In this document: positions 49,301-60,500 of the stretch, piece after piece
How positions within the stretch are numbered: position 1 is the stretch's first letter
Layout of the letters: the number at the start of each line of letters is the position of its first letter
NCBI GenBank assembly: GCA_964016885.1
Contig: OZ024744.1
Location: 132,432,001-132,496,000 of the forward strand
Direction: 5' to 3'
Origin: Eledone cirrhosa
Lineage: Eukaryota
DNA: 64,000 nucleotides
The notes under the pieces: generated by a model
The model's database searches: none
The model's input: the letters and a program-made list of their open reading frames with translations, nothing else
Told to the model about the DNA's origin: nothing
Program-made: the position numbers and the translations under genes

Positions 49301-51211
49301 GTTAATATTTCGAAAAACGCAATTTGAAAAACTCATATTAATTTTTTTTCGAAAACATTATATAATCAATTTTTTAGAAATATTTATATCTGATTTCAAA
49401 TATTGATTTTTTTAGGTTTTTCGAAAACCCTATATAATCAATTTTTTTGTACTTTTAGAAATATCTATATCTGATTTCATGTATTGATTTTTTTATATTT
49501 TTCGAAAAAGCTTAGATAATCAATTTTTTTAGGTCTTTCGAAAACATTATATAATCAATTTTTTTACGTTTTTAGAAAAACCTTATATAATCAATTTTTT
49601 TTAGGTTTTTCGAAAAACCTTATATAATCAATTTTTTTATGTTTTTTCGAAAAATCTTATATAATCAATTTTTTTACGTTTTTAGAAATATTTATATCTG
49701 ATTTCAAATATTGATTTTTTTTAGATATTTCGAAATACCTTATATAATCAATTTTTTTTAGGTTTTTCAAATTACCTTATATAATCAATTTTTTTTATCA
49801 GATTTCAAATATTGATTTTTTTTAGCTTTTTCGACAAAATCTTATATAATCAATTTTTTTTAGGTTTTTCGAAAAAGAATGAATTTGAGTTCATAGTCGA
49901 AATATATACTTCTGCATTTTTACGTTTTTTTGATTTTTTTTAAAAAAACGTAAAAAATTAATGCTTTTACAAATCTTTTGAAATATTTACTTTCTAGTTT
50001 CAAATTTTGCAGATTAAATTTTTCTCGAAAAACCTAAAAAATCAGTTGTCGAAATCAGAAGTTAATATTTCGAAAAACGCAATTTGAAAAACTCATATTA
50101 ATTTTTTTTCGAAAACATTATATAATCAATTTTTTAGAAATATTTATATCTGATTTCAAATATTGATTTTTTTAGGTTTTTCGAAAACCCTATATAATCA
50201 ATTTTTTTGTACTTTTAGAAATATCTATATCTGATTTCATGTATTGATTTTTTTATATTTTTCGAAAAATCTTATATAATCAATTTTTTTACGTTTTTAG
50301 AAAAACCTTATATAATCAATTTTTTTTAGGTTTTTCGAAAAACCTTATATAATCAATTTTTTTATGTTTTTTCGAAAAATCTTATATAATCAATTTTTTT
50401 ACGTTTTTAGAAATATTTATATCTGATTTCAAATATTGATTTTTTTTAGATTTTTCGAAATACCTTATATAATCAATTTTTTTTAGGTTTTTCAAATCAC
50501 CTTATATAATCAATTTTTTTTATCTGATTTCAAATATTGATTTTTTTAGCTTTTTCGACAAAATCTTATATAATCAATTTTTTTTAGGTTTTTCGAAAAA
50601 GAATGAATTTGAGTTCATAGTCGAAATATATACTTCTGCATTAATCTTTTTACGTTTTTTTGAAAAAATTAATGCTTTTACAAATCTTTTGAAATATTTA
50701 CTTTCTAGTTTCAAATTTTGCAGATTAAATTTTTCTCGAAAAACCTAAAAAATCAGTTGTCGAAATCAGAAGTTAATATTTCGTAAAACGCAATTTGAAA
50801 AACTCATATTAATTTTTTTTCGAAAACTTATTATATAATCAATTTTTTTATACTTTTAGAAATATTTATATCTGATTTCAAATATTGATTTTTTTAGGTT
50901 TTTCGAAAACCCTATATAATCAATTTTTTTGTACTTTTAGAAATATCTATATCTGATTTCATGTATTGATTTTTTTATATTTTTCGAAAAAGCTTAGATA
51001 ATCAATTTTTTTAGGTCTTTCGAAAACCTTATATAATCAATTTTTTTTTAGGTTTTTCGAAAAAACCTTATATAATCAATTTTTTTTAGGTTTTTTCGAA
51101 AAATCTTACATAATCAATTTTTTTACGTTTTTAGAAATATTTATATCTGATTTCAAATATTGATTTTTTTTAGATTTTTCGAAATACCTTATTTTTAGGT
51201 TTTTCAAATTA
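46399..51211 (+). repeat. Satellite B block 3
   Basis: Near-identical to B2 at offset 8240, plus one extra ~0.7-kb monomer. Confidence 0.96.
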
Positions 51212-54200
51212 CCCCGACTTAACTTAACCCCAACTTAACTTAACCCCAACTTAACTTAACCCCAACTTAACTTAACCCCAACTTGACTTAACCCCAACAT
51301 AACTCACACCCAACTTAACTTACCCCCAACTTAACTTAACCCCAACTTGACTTAACCCCAACTTAACTTAACCCCAACTTAACTTAACGCCAAAGTCGGA
51401 GTTAAGTTACGTTGGGGTTAAGCTAAGTTGGGGGTAAGTTAAGTTGGGGGTAAGTTAAATTGGGGTTAAGTTAAGTTGGGGTTAAGTTAGGGTTAAGTTA
51501 AGTTGGGTATAAGTTAAGTTGGGGTTGAGTGAAGTTGGGGTTAAGTTAAGTTGGGGTTAAGTTAAGTTAGGGTTAATTTAAGTTGGGGTTAAGTTAAGTT
51601 GGGGTTAACTTAAGTTGGGGTTAAGTTAAGTTGGGGTTAATTTAGGTTGGGGTTAAGTTAAGTTGGGGTTAAGATAAGTTGGGGTTAAGTTAAATTGAGA
51701 TTAAGTTAACTTGGGTTTGAGTTAAGTTGGGGATAAGTTAAGTGGTGGTTATGTTAAGTTGGGGTTAAGTTAAGTTGGGGTTAACCCCAACTTAACTTAA
51801 CCCCAACTTAACTTAACCCCAACTTCACTCAACCCCAACTTAAATTAACCCCAACTTCACTCAACCCCAACTTAACTCAACCCCAACTTAAATTAACCCC
51901 AACTTAACTTAACCCTGACTTAACTTAACCCCGACTTAACTTCACCCCGACTTAACTTAACCCCAACTTAACTTAAACCCCAACTTAACTTAACCCCAAC
52001 TTAACTTAACCCCAACTTGACTTAACCCCAACTTAACTCACACCCAACTTAACTTACCCCCAACTTAACTTAACCACAACTTGACGTAAACCCAACTTAA
52101 CTTAACCCCAACTTAACTTAACCCCAAAGTCGGAGTTCAGTTAAGTTGGGGTTCAGTTAAGTTAGGCTTAACTTAAGTTGGGGTTAAGTTAAGTTGGGGG
52201 TAAGTTAAGTTGGGGGTAAGTTAAGTTGGGGTTAAGTTAAGTTGGGGTTAAGTTGGGGTTAAGTTAAGTTAGGGTTAAGTTAAGTTGGGGTTGAGTTAAG
52301 TTGGGGTTAAGTTAAGTGGTGGTTATGTTAAGTTGGGGTTAAGTTAAGTTGGGGTTAAATTAAGTGGGGTTAACTTAAGTTGGGTGTAAGTTAAGTTGGG
52401 GTTGAGTGAAGTTGGGGTTAAGTTAAGTTGGGGTTAAGTTAAGTTAGGGTTAATTTAAGTTGGGGTTATGTTAAGTTGGTGTTAAGTTAAGTTGGGGTTA
52501 AGTCGAGTTGGGGTTAAGTTAAGTTGGGGTTAAGTTAAATTGGTGTTAAGTTAAGTTGGGGTTAAGTTAAGTTGGGGTTAGTTAAGTTGAGTTTAAGTTA
52601 AGTTGGGGTTAATTTAAGTTGGGGTTAAGTTAAGTTGGGGTTGAGTTAAGTTGTGGTTAAGTTAAGTTGGGGTTAGGTTAAGTTGGGGTTAAGTTAAGCT
52701 GGGGTTAAATTAAGTTTGGGTTAAGTTAAGTTGGGGTTAGGTTAAGTTGGGGTTAACCCCAACTTCACTCAACCCCAACTTAACTTAACCCCAACTTCAC
52801 TCAACCCCAACTTAACTCAACCCCAACTTAACTTAACCCCAACTTAACTTAACCCTAACTTAACTTAACCCCGACTTAAACTTAACCCCGACTTAACTTA
52901 ACCCCAACTTAACTTAACCCCAACTTAATTTAACCCCAACTTAACTTAATCCCAACTTGACTTAACCCCAACTTAACTCACACCCAACTTAACTTACCCC
53001 CAACTTAACTTAACTTAACCCCAAAGTCGGAGTTAAGTTAAGTTGGGGTTAAGTTAAGTTAGGCTTAACTTAAGTTGGGGTTAAGTTAAGTTGGGGGTAA
53101 GTTAAGTTGGGGGTAAGTTAAGTTGGGGTTAAGTTAAGTTGGGGTTAAGATAAGTGGTGGTTATGTTAAGTTGAGGTTAAGTTAAGTTAGGGTTAAATTA
53201 AGTTGGGGTTAAGTTAAGTTGGGTGTAAGTTAAGTTGGGGTTGAGTGAAGTTGGGGTTAAGTTAAGTTGGGGTTAAGTAGAGTTGGGGTTAAGTTAAGTT
53301 GGGGTTAAGTTAAGTTGGTGTTAAGTTGGGGTTAAGTTAAGTTGGGGTTAAGTTGGGGTTAAGTTAAGTGGTGGTTATGTTAAGTTGAGGTTAAGTTAAG
53401 TTAGGGTTAAATTAAGTTGGGGTTAAGTTAAGTTGGGTGTAAGTTAAGTTGGGGTTGAGTGAAGTTGGGGTTAAGTTAAGTTGGGGTTAAGTAGAGTTGG
53501 GGTTAAGTTAAGTTGGGGTTAAGTTAAGTTGGTGTTAAGTTGGGGTTAAGTTAAGTTGGGGTTAAGTTGGGGTTAAGTTAAGTGGTGGTTATGTTAAGTT
53601 GGGGTTAACTTAAGTTGGGGTTAATTTAAATTGGGGTTAAGTTAACTTTGTGGTTAAGTTAAGTTGGGGTTAAGTTAAGTTGGGGTTAAATTAAGTTGGG
53701 GTTGAGTGAAGTTGGGGTTAAGTTAAGTTGGGGTTAAGTTAAGTTGGGGTTAACTTAAGTTGGGTTTAAGTTAAGTTGCGGTTAAGTTAAGTTGGGGTTA
53801 AGTTAAGTTGGGGTTAATTTAAGTCGGGGTTAATTTAAGTTGGGGTTGAGTTAAGTTGGGGTTAATTTAAGTTGAGGTTATGTTAAGTTGGGGTTAATTT
53901 AAGTTGGGGTTAAGTTAAGTTGGGGTTAAGTTAAGTTGGGGTTAATTTAAGTTGGGATTAAGTTCAGTTGGGGTTAAATTAAGTTGGGGTTAAGTTAAGC
54001 TGGGGTTAAATTAAGTTGGGGTTAAGTTAAGTTGGGGTTAAGTTAAGTTGGGGTTAAGTTAAGTTAGGGTTAATTTAAGTTGGGGTTATGTTAAGTTGGG
54101 GTTAAGTTAAGTTGGGGTTAAGTCGAGTTGGGGTTAAGTTAAGTTGGGGTTAGTTAAGTTGAGTTTAAGTTAAGTTGGGGTTAATTTAAGTTGGGGTTAA

Positions 54201-57200
54201 GTTAAGTTGGGGTTCAGTTAAGTTGGGGTTAAGTTTAGTTGGGGTTAAGTTAAGTTGGTTTAAGTTAAGTTGGGGTTAGGTTAAGTTGGGGATAAGTTAA
54301 GTTGGGGATAAGGTAAGTTGGGGTTAAGTTAAGTTGGGTTTAAGTTAAGTTGGGGTTAAGTTAAGTTAGGCTTAACTTAAGTTGGGGTTAAGTTAAGTTG
54401 GGGGTAAATTAAGTTGGGGGTTAGTTAAGTTGGGGTTAAGTTAAGTTGGGGTTAAGTTAAGTGGTGGTTATGTTAAGTTGGGGTTAAGTTAAGTTGGGGT
54501 TAAATTAAGTTGGGGTTAAGTTATGTTGGGTGTAAGTTAAGTTGGGGTTGAGTGAAGTTGGGGTTAAGTTAAGTTGGGGTTAAGTTAAGTTAGGGTTAAT
54601 TTAAGTTGGGGTTATGTTAAGTTGGGGTTAAGTTAAGTTGGGGTTAAGTAGAGTTGGGGTTAAGTTAAGTTGGGGTTAAGTTAAGTTGGTGTTAAGTTGG
54701 GGTTAAGTTAAGTTGGGGTTAAGTTAAGTCGGAGTTAAGTTAAGTTGGGGTTGAGTTAAGTTGGGGTTAATTTAAGTTGAGGTTATGTTAAGTTGGGGTT
54801 AATTTAAGTTGGGGTTAAGTTAAGTTGGGGTTAAGTTGAGGTTAAGTTAAGTTGTGGTTAAGTTAAGTTGGGGCTAAGTTAAGTTGGGGCTAAGTTAAGT
54901 TGGGGCTAAGTTAAGTTGGGGTTAAGTTAAGTTGGGGTTAAGTTAAGTTGGGTTTAATTTAAGTTGGGGTCAACTTAAGTTGGGGTTAAGTTGAGTTGGG
55001 GTTAAATTAAGTTGGGGTTAATTTAAGTTGGGGCTAAGTTAAGTTGGGGCTGAGTTAAGTTGGGGTTAAGTTAAGTTGGGGTTAAGTTAAGTTGGGGTTA
55101 AGTTAATTTTGGGTTAAGTTAAGTTGTGTTTCAGTTAAGTTGGGGTTAAGTTAAGTTTGGGTTAATTTGGGGTTAAATTAAGTTGGGGTTAAGTTAAGTT
55201 GGGGTTAAGTTAAGTTGGGGTTAAGTTAAGTTGGGGTTAATTTAAGTTGGGGTTAAGTTAAGTCGGGGTTAAGTTAAGTCGGTGTTAAGTTAAGTTAGGG
55301 TTAAGTTAAGTTGGGGTTAAGTTAAGTTGGCTTTAAGTTAAGCTGGGGTTAAGTTAAGTTGGTGTTAAGTTGGGGTTAAGTTAAGTTGGGGTTAAGTTGG
55401 GGTTAAGTTAAGTGGTGGTTATGTTAAGTTGGGGTTAAGTTAAGTTGGGGTTAATTTAAATTGGGGTTAAGTTAACTTTGTGGTTAAGTTAAGTTGGAGT
55501 TAAGTTAAGTTGGGGTTAAGTTAAGTTGGGGTTGAGTGAAGTTGGGGTTAATTTAAGTTGGGGTTCAGTTAAGTTGGGGTTAAGTTAAGTTGGGGTTGAG
55601 TGAAGTTGGGGTTAATTTAAGTTGGGGTTAAGTTAAGTTGGGGTTAAGTTAAGTTGGGGTTAAGTTAAGTTGGGGTTAAGTTAAGTTGGGTTTAAGTTAA
55701 GTTGGGGTTAAATTAAGTTGGGGTTAAATTAAAGTGGGGTTAAGTTAAGTTGGGGGTAAGTTAAGTTGGGGGCAAGTTAAGTTGGTGTTAAGTTAAGTTG
55801 GGGTTAAGTTAAGTTGGGGTTAAGTTAAGTTGGGTTTAAGTTAAGTTGGGACTAAGTTAAGTTAGGGCTAAGTTCAGTTGGGGTAAAGTTAAGTTGGGGC
55901 TAAGTTAAGTTGGGTATAAGTTGAGTTGGGGTTAAGTTAAGTTGGGGTTAAGTTAAGTTGGGGTTAAATTAAGTTGGGGTTAATTAAGTTGGGGTTAAGT
56001 TAAGTTGGGGTTAAGTTAAGTTGGGGTTAATTTAAGTTGGGGTTGTGTTAATTTGGGGTTAAGTTAAGTTGGGGTTATATTAAGTTGGGGTTAAGTTAAG
56101 TTGGGTTTAAGTTAAGTTGGGGTTAAGTTAAGTTGGGGTTAAGTTGAGTTAGGGTTAATTTAAGTTGGGGTTATGTTAAGTTGGGGTTAAGTTAAGTTGG
56201 GGTTAAGTAGAGTTGGGGTTAATTTAAGTTGGGGTTAAGTTAAGTTGGTGTTAAGTTGGGGTTAAGTTAAGTTGGGGTTAAGTTGGGGTTAAGTTGAGTG
56301 GTGGTTATGTTAAGTTGGGGTTAAGTTAAGTTGGGGTTAATTTAAATTGGGGTTAAGTTAACTTTGTGGTTAAGTTAAGTTGGAGTTAAGTTAAGTTGGG
56401 GTTAAGTTAAGTTGGGGTTGAGTTAAGTTGGGGTTAAATTAAGTTGGGGTTAAATTAAGGTGGGGTTAAGTTAAGTTGGGGGTAAGTTAAGTTGGGGGCA
56501 AGTTAAGTTGGTGTTAAGTTAAGTTGGGGTTAAGTTAAGTTGGGGTTAAGTTAAGTTGGGTTTAAGTTAAGTTGGGACTAAGTTAAGTTAGGGCTAAGTT
56601 AAGTTGGGGTTAATTAAGTTGGGGCTAAGTTAAGTTGGGTCTAAGTTGAGTTGGGGTTAAGTTAAGTTGGGGTTAAGTTAAGTTGGGGTTAAATTAAGTT
56701 GGGGTTAATTAAGTTGGGGTTAAGTTAAGTTGGGGTTAAGTTAAGTTGGGGTTAATTTAAGTTGGGGGTAAGTTAAGTTGGTGGTAAGTTAAGTTGGGGT
56801 TAAGTTAAGTTGGGGTTAATTTAAATTGGGGTTAATTTAACTTTGTGGTTAAGTTAAGTTGGGGTTTATTTAAGTTGGGTTTAAGTTAAGTTGGGGTTGA
56901 GTTAAGTTGGGGTTGAGTGAAGTTGGGGTTAAGTTAAGTCGGGGTTAATTTAAGTTGGGGTTGAGTTAAGTCGGGGTTAATTCAAGTTGGGGCTAAGTTA
57001 ATTTGTGGTTAAGTTAAGTTGGGGTTAAGTTAAGTTGGGGTTAAGTTAAGTTGGGGGTAAGTTAAGTTGGGGGCAAGTTAAGTTGGGGTTAAGTTAAGTT
57101 GCGGTTAATTTAAGTTGGGGTTAAGTTAAGTTGGGTTTAAGTTAAGTTGGGGTTCAGTTAAGTTGGGGTTTAGTTAAGTTGGGGTTAAGTTAAGTTGGGG

Positions 57201-57559
57201 TTGAGTTAAGTTGGGGTTTAATTAAGTTGGGGTTGAGTTAAGTTGGGGTTTAGTTAAGTGGGGGTTGAGTTAAGTTGGGGTTAAGCTAAGTTGGGGTTAA
57301 GTTAAATTGAGGTTAAGTTAACTTGGGTTTGAGTTAAGTTGGGGTTAAGTTAAGTTGGTGTTAAGTTCAGTTCAGGTTAAGTTAACTTGGGGTTAAGTTA
57401 AGTTGGGGTTGAGTTAAGTTGGGGTTGAGTTAAGTTGGGGTTAAGTTAAGTTGGGGTTAACTTAAGTTGGGGTTAAGTTAAGTTGGGGTTAATTTAAGTT
57501 GGGGTTCAGTTAAATTGAGGTTAAGATAACTTGGGTTTGCGTTAAGATGGGGTTAAGTT
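51212..57559 (+). repeat. Satellite A block 4 (inverted cassettes at 51212-51393, 51783-52127 and 52755-53024)
   Basis: The first ~4.1 kb matches the start of A2 and the last ~2.2 kb matches the end of A1/A2. Confidence 0.96.
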
Positions 57560-60500
57560 AGGTTTGTCGAAAACCTTATATAATCATTTTTATTTAGGTT
57601 CTTCGAAACACCTTATATAATCAATTTTTTTAGGTTTTTCGAAAAACCTTATATAATCAATTTTTTAATACTTTTAGAAATATTTATATCTGATTTCAAA
57701 TATTGATTTTATTAGGTTTTTGGAATAATCAATTTTTTTTACGTTTTTCGAAAAATGTTATATAATCAATCTTTTTTAGGTTTTTCGAATCAATTCAATT
57801 TTTATAATCAAATATTTTTAGGTTTTTAGAAAAACCTTATATAATCAAATTTTTTTAGGTTTTTCGAAAAACCTTATATAATTAATTTTTTTATACTTTT
57901 AGAAATATTTATATCTGATTTCAAATATTGGATTTTTTAGGTTTTTCGATAATCAATTTTTTTTAGATTTTTCGAAAAATCTTATATAATCAATTTTTTT
58001 ACGTTTTTAGAAAGACCTTATATAATCAATTTTTTTATACTTTTAGAAATATTTATATCTGATTTCAAATATTGATTTTTTTTTTAGGTTTTTCGAAATA
58101 CCTTATATAATCAATTTTTTTTAGGTTTTTCAAATTACTTTATATAATCAATTTTTTTTATCTGATTTCAAATATTGATTTTTTTAGCTTTTTCGACAAA
58201 ATCTTATATAATCAATTTTTTTTAGGTTTTTCGAAAAAGAATGAATTTGAGTTCATAGTCGAAATATATACTTCTGCATTAATCTTTTTACGTTTTTTTG
58301 ATTTTTTTTAAAAAAACGTAAAAAATTAATGCTTTTACAAATCTTTTGAAATATTCACAATCTGCAAAATTTGAAACTAGAAAGTGTTCTAGTTTCAAAT
58401 TTTGCAGATTAAATTTTTCTCGAAAAACCTAAAAAATCAGTTGTCGAAATCAGAAGTTAATATTTCGTAAAACGCAATTTGAAAAACTCATTAATTTTTT
58501 TTCGAAAACTTATTATATAATCAATTTTTTTATACTTTTAGAAATATTTATATCTGATTTCAAATATTGATTTTTTTAGGTTTTTCGAAAACCCTATATA
58601 ATCAATTTTTTTGTACTTTTAGAAATATCTATATCTGATTTCATGTATTGATTTTTTTATATTTTTCGAAAAAGCTTAGATAATCAATTTTTTTAGGTCT
58701 TTCGAAAACATTATATAATCAATTTTTTTTTAGGTTTTTCGAAAAAACCTTATATAATCAATTTTTTTTAGGTTTTTCAAATATTGATTTTTTTAGCTTT
58801 TTCGACAAAATCTTATATAATCAATTTTTTTTAGGTTTTTCGAAAAAGAATGAATTTGAGTTCATAGTCGAAATATATACTTCTGCATTATTTTTGAAAA
58901 AATTAATGCTTTTACAAATCTTTTGAAATATTTACTTTCTAGTTTCAAATTTTGCAGATTAAATTTTTCTCGAAAAACCTAAAAAATCAGTTGTCGAAAT
59001 CAGAAGTTAATATTTCGTAAAACGCAATTTGAAAAACTCATTAATTTTTTTTCGAAAACTTATTATATAATCAATTTTTTTATACTTTTAGAAATATTTA
59101 TATCTGATTTCAAATATTGATTTTTTTAGGTTTTTCGAAAACCCTATATAATCAATTTTTTTGTACTTTTAGAAATATCTATATCTGATTTCATGTATTG
59201 ATTTTTTTATATTTTTCGAAAAAGCTTAGATAATCAATTTTTTTAGGTCTTTCGAAAACATTATATAATCAATTTTTTTTTAGGTTTTTCGAAAAAACCT
59301 TATATAATCAATGTTTTTTAGGTTTTTCAAATTACCTTATATAATCAATTTTTTTTATCAGATTTCAAATATTGATTTTTTTTAGCTTTTTCGACAAAAT
59401 CTTATATAATCAATTTTTTTTAGGTTTTTCGAAAAAGAATGAATTTGAGTTCATAGTCGAAACCAATACTTCTGCATTAATCTTTTTACGTTTTTTTGAT
59501 TTTTTTTAAAAAAACGTAAAAAATTAATGCTTTTACAAATCTTTTGAAATATTTACTTTCTAGTTTCAAATTTTGCAGATTAAATTTTTCTCGAAAAACC
59601 TAAAAAATCAGTTGTCGAAATCAGAAGTTAATATTTCGAAAAACGCAATTTGAAAAACTCATATTAATTTTTTTTCGAAAACATTATATAATCAATTTTT
59701 TAGAAATATTTATATCTGATTTCAAATATTGATTTTTTTAGGTTTTTCGAAAACCCTATATAATCAATTTTTTTGTACTTTTAGAAATATCTATATCTGA
59801 TTTCATGTATTGATTTTTTTATATTTTTCGAAAAATTTTATATAATCAATTTTTTTACGTTTTTAGAAAAACCTTATATAATCAATTTTTTTTAGGTTTT
59901 TCGAAAAACCTTATATAATCAATTTTTTTATGTTTTTTCGAAAAATCTTATATAATCAATTTTTTTACGTTTTTAGAAATATTTATATCTGATTTCAAAT
60001 ATTGATTTTTTTTAGATTTTTCGAAATACCTTATATAATCAATGTTTTTTAGGTTTTTCAAATTACCTTATATAATCAATTTTTTTTATCAGATTTCAAA
60101 TATTGATTTTTTTTAGCTTTTTCGACAAAATCTTATATAATCAATTTTTTTTAGGTTTTTCGAAAAAGAATGAATTTGAGTTCATAGTCGAAATATATAC
60201 TTCTGCATTAATCTTTTTACGTTTTTTTGATTTTTTTTAAAAAAACGTAAAAAATTAATGCTTTTACAAATCTTTTGAAATATTTACTTTCTAGTTTCAA
60301 ATTTTGCAGATTAAATTTTTCTCGAAAAACCTAAAAAATCAGTTGTCGAAATCAGAAGTTAATATTTCGAAAAACGCAATTTGAAAAACTCATATTAATT
60401 TTTTTTCGAAAACATTATATAATCAATTTTTTAGAAATATTTATATCTGATTTCAAATATTAATCAATATTTTTAGGTTTTTCGAAAACCCTATATAATC

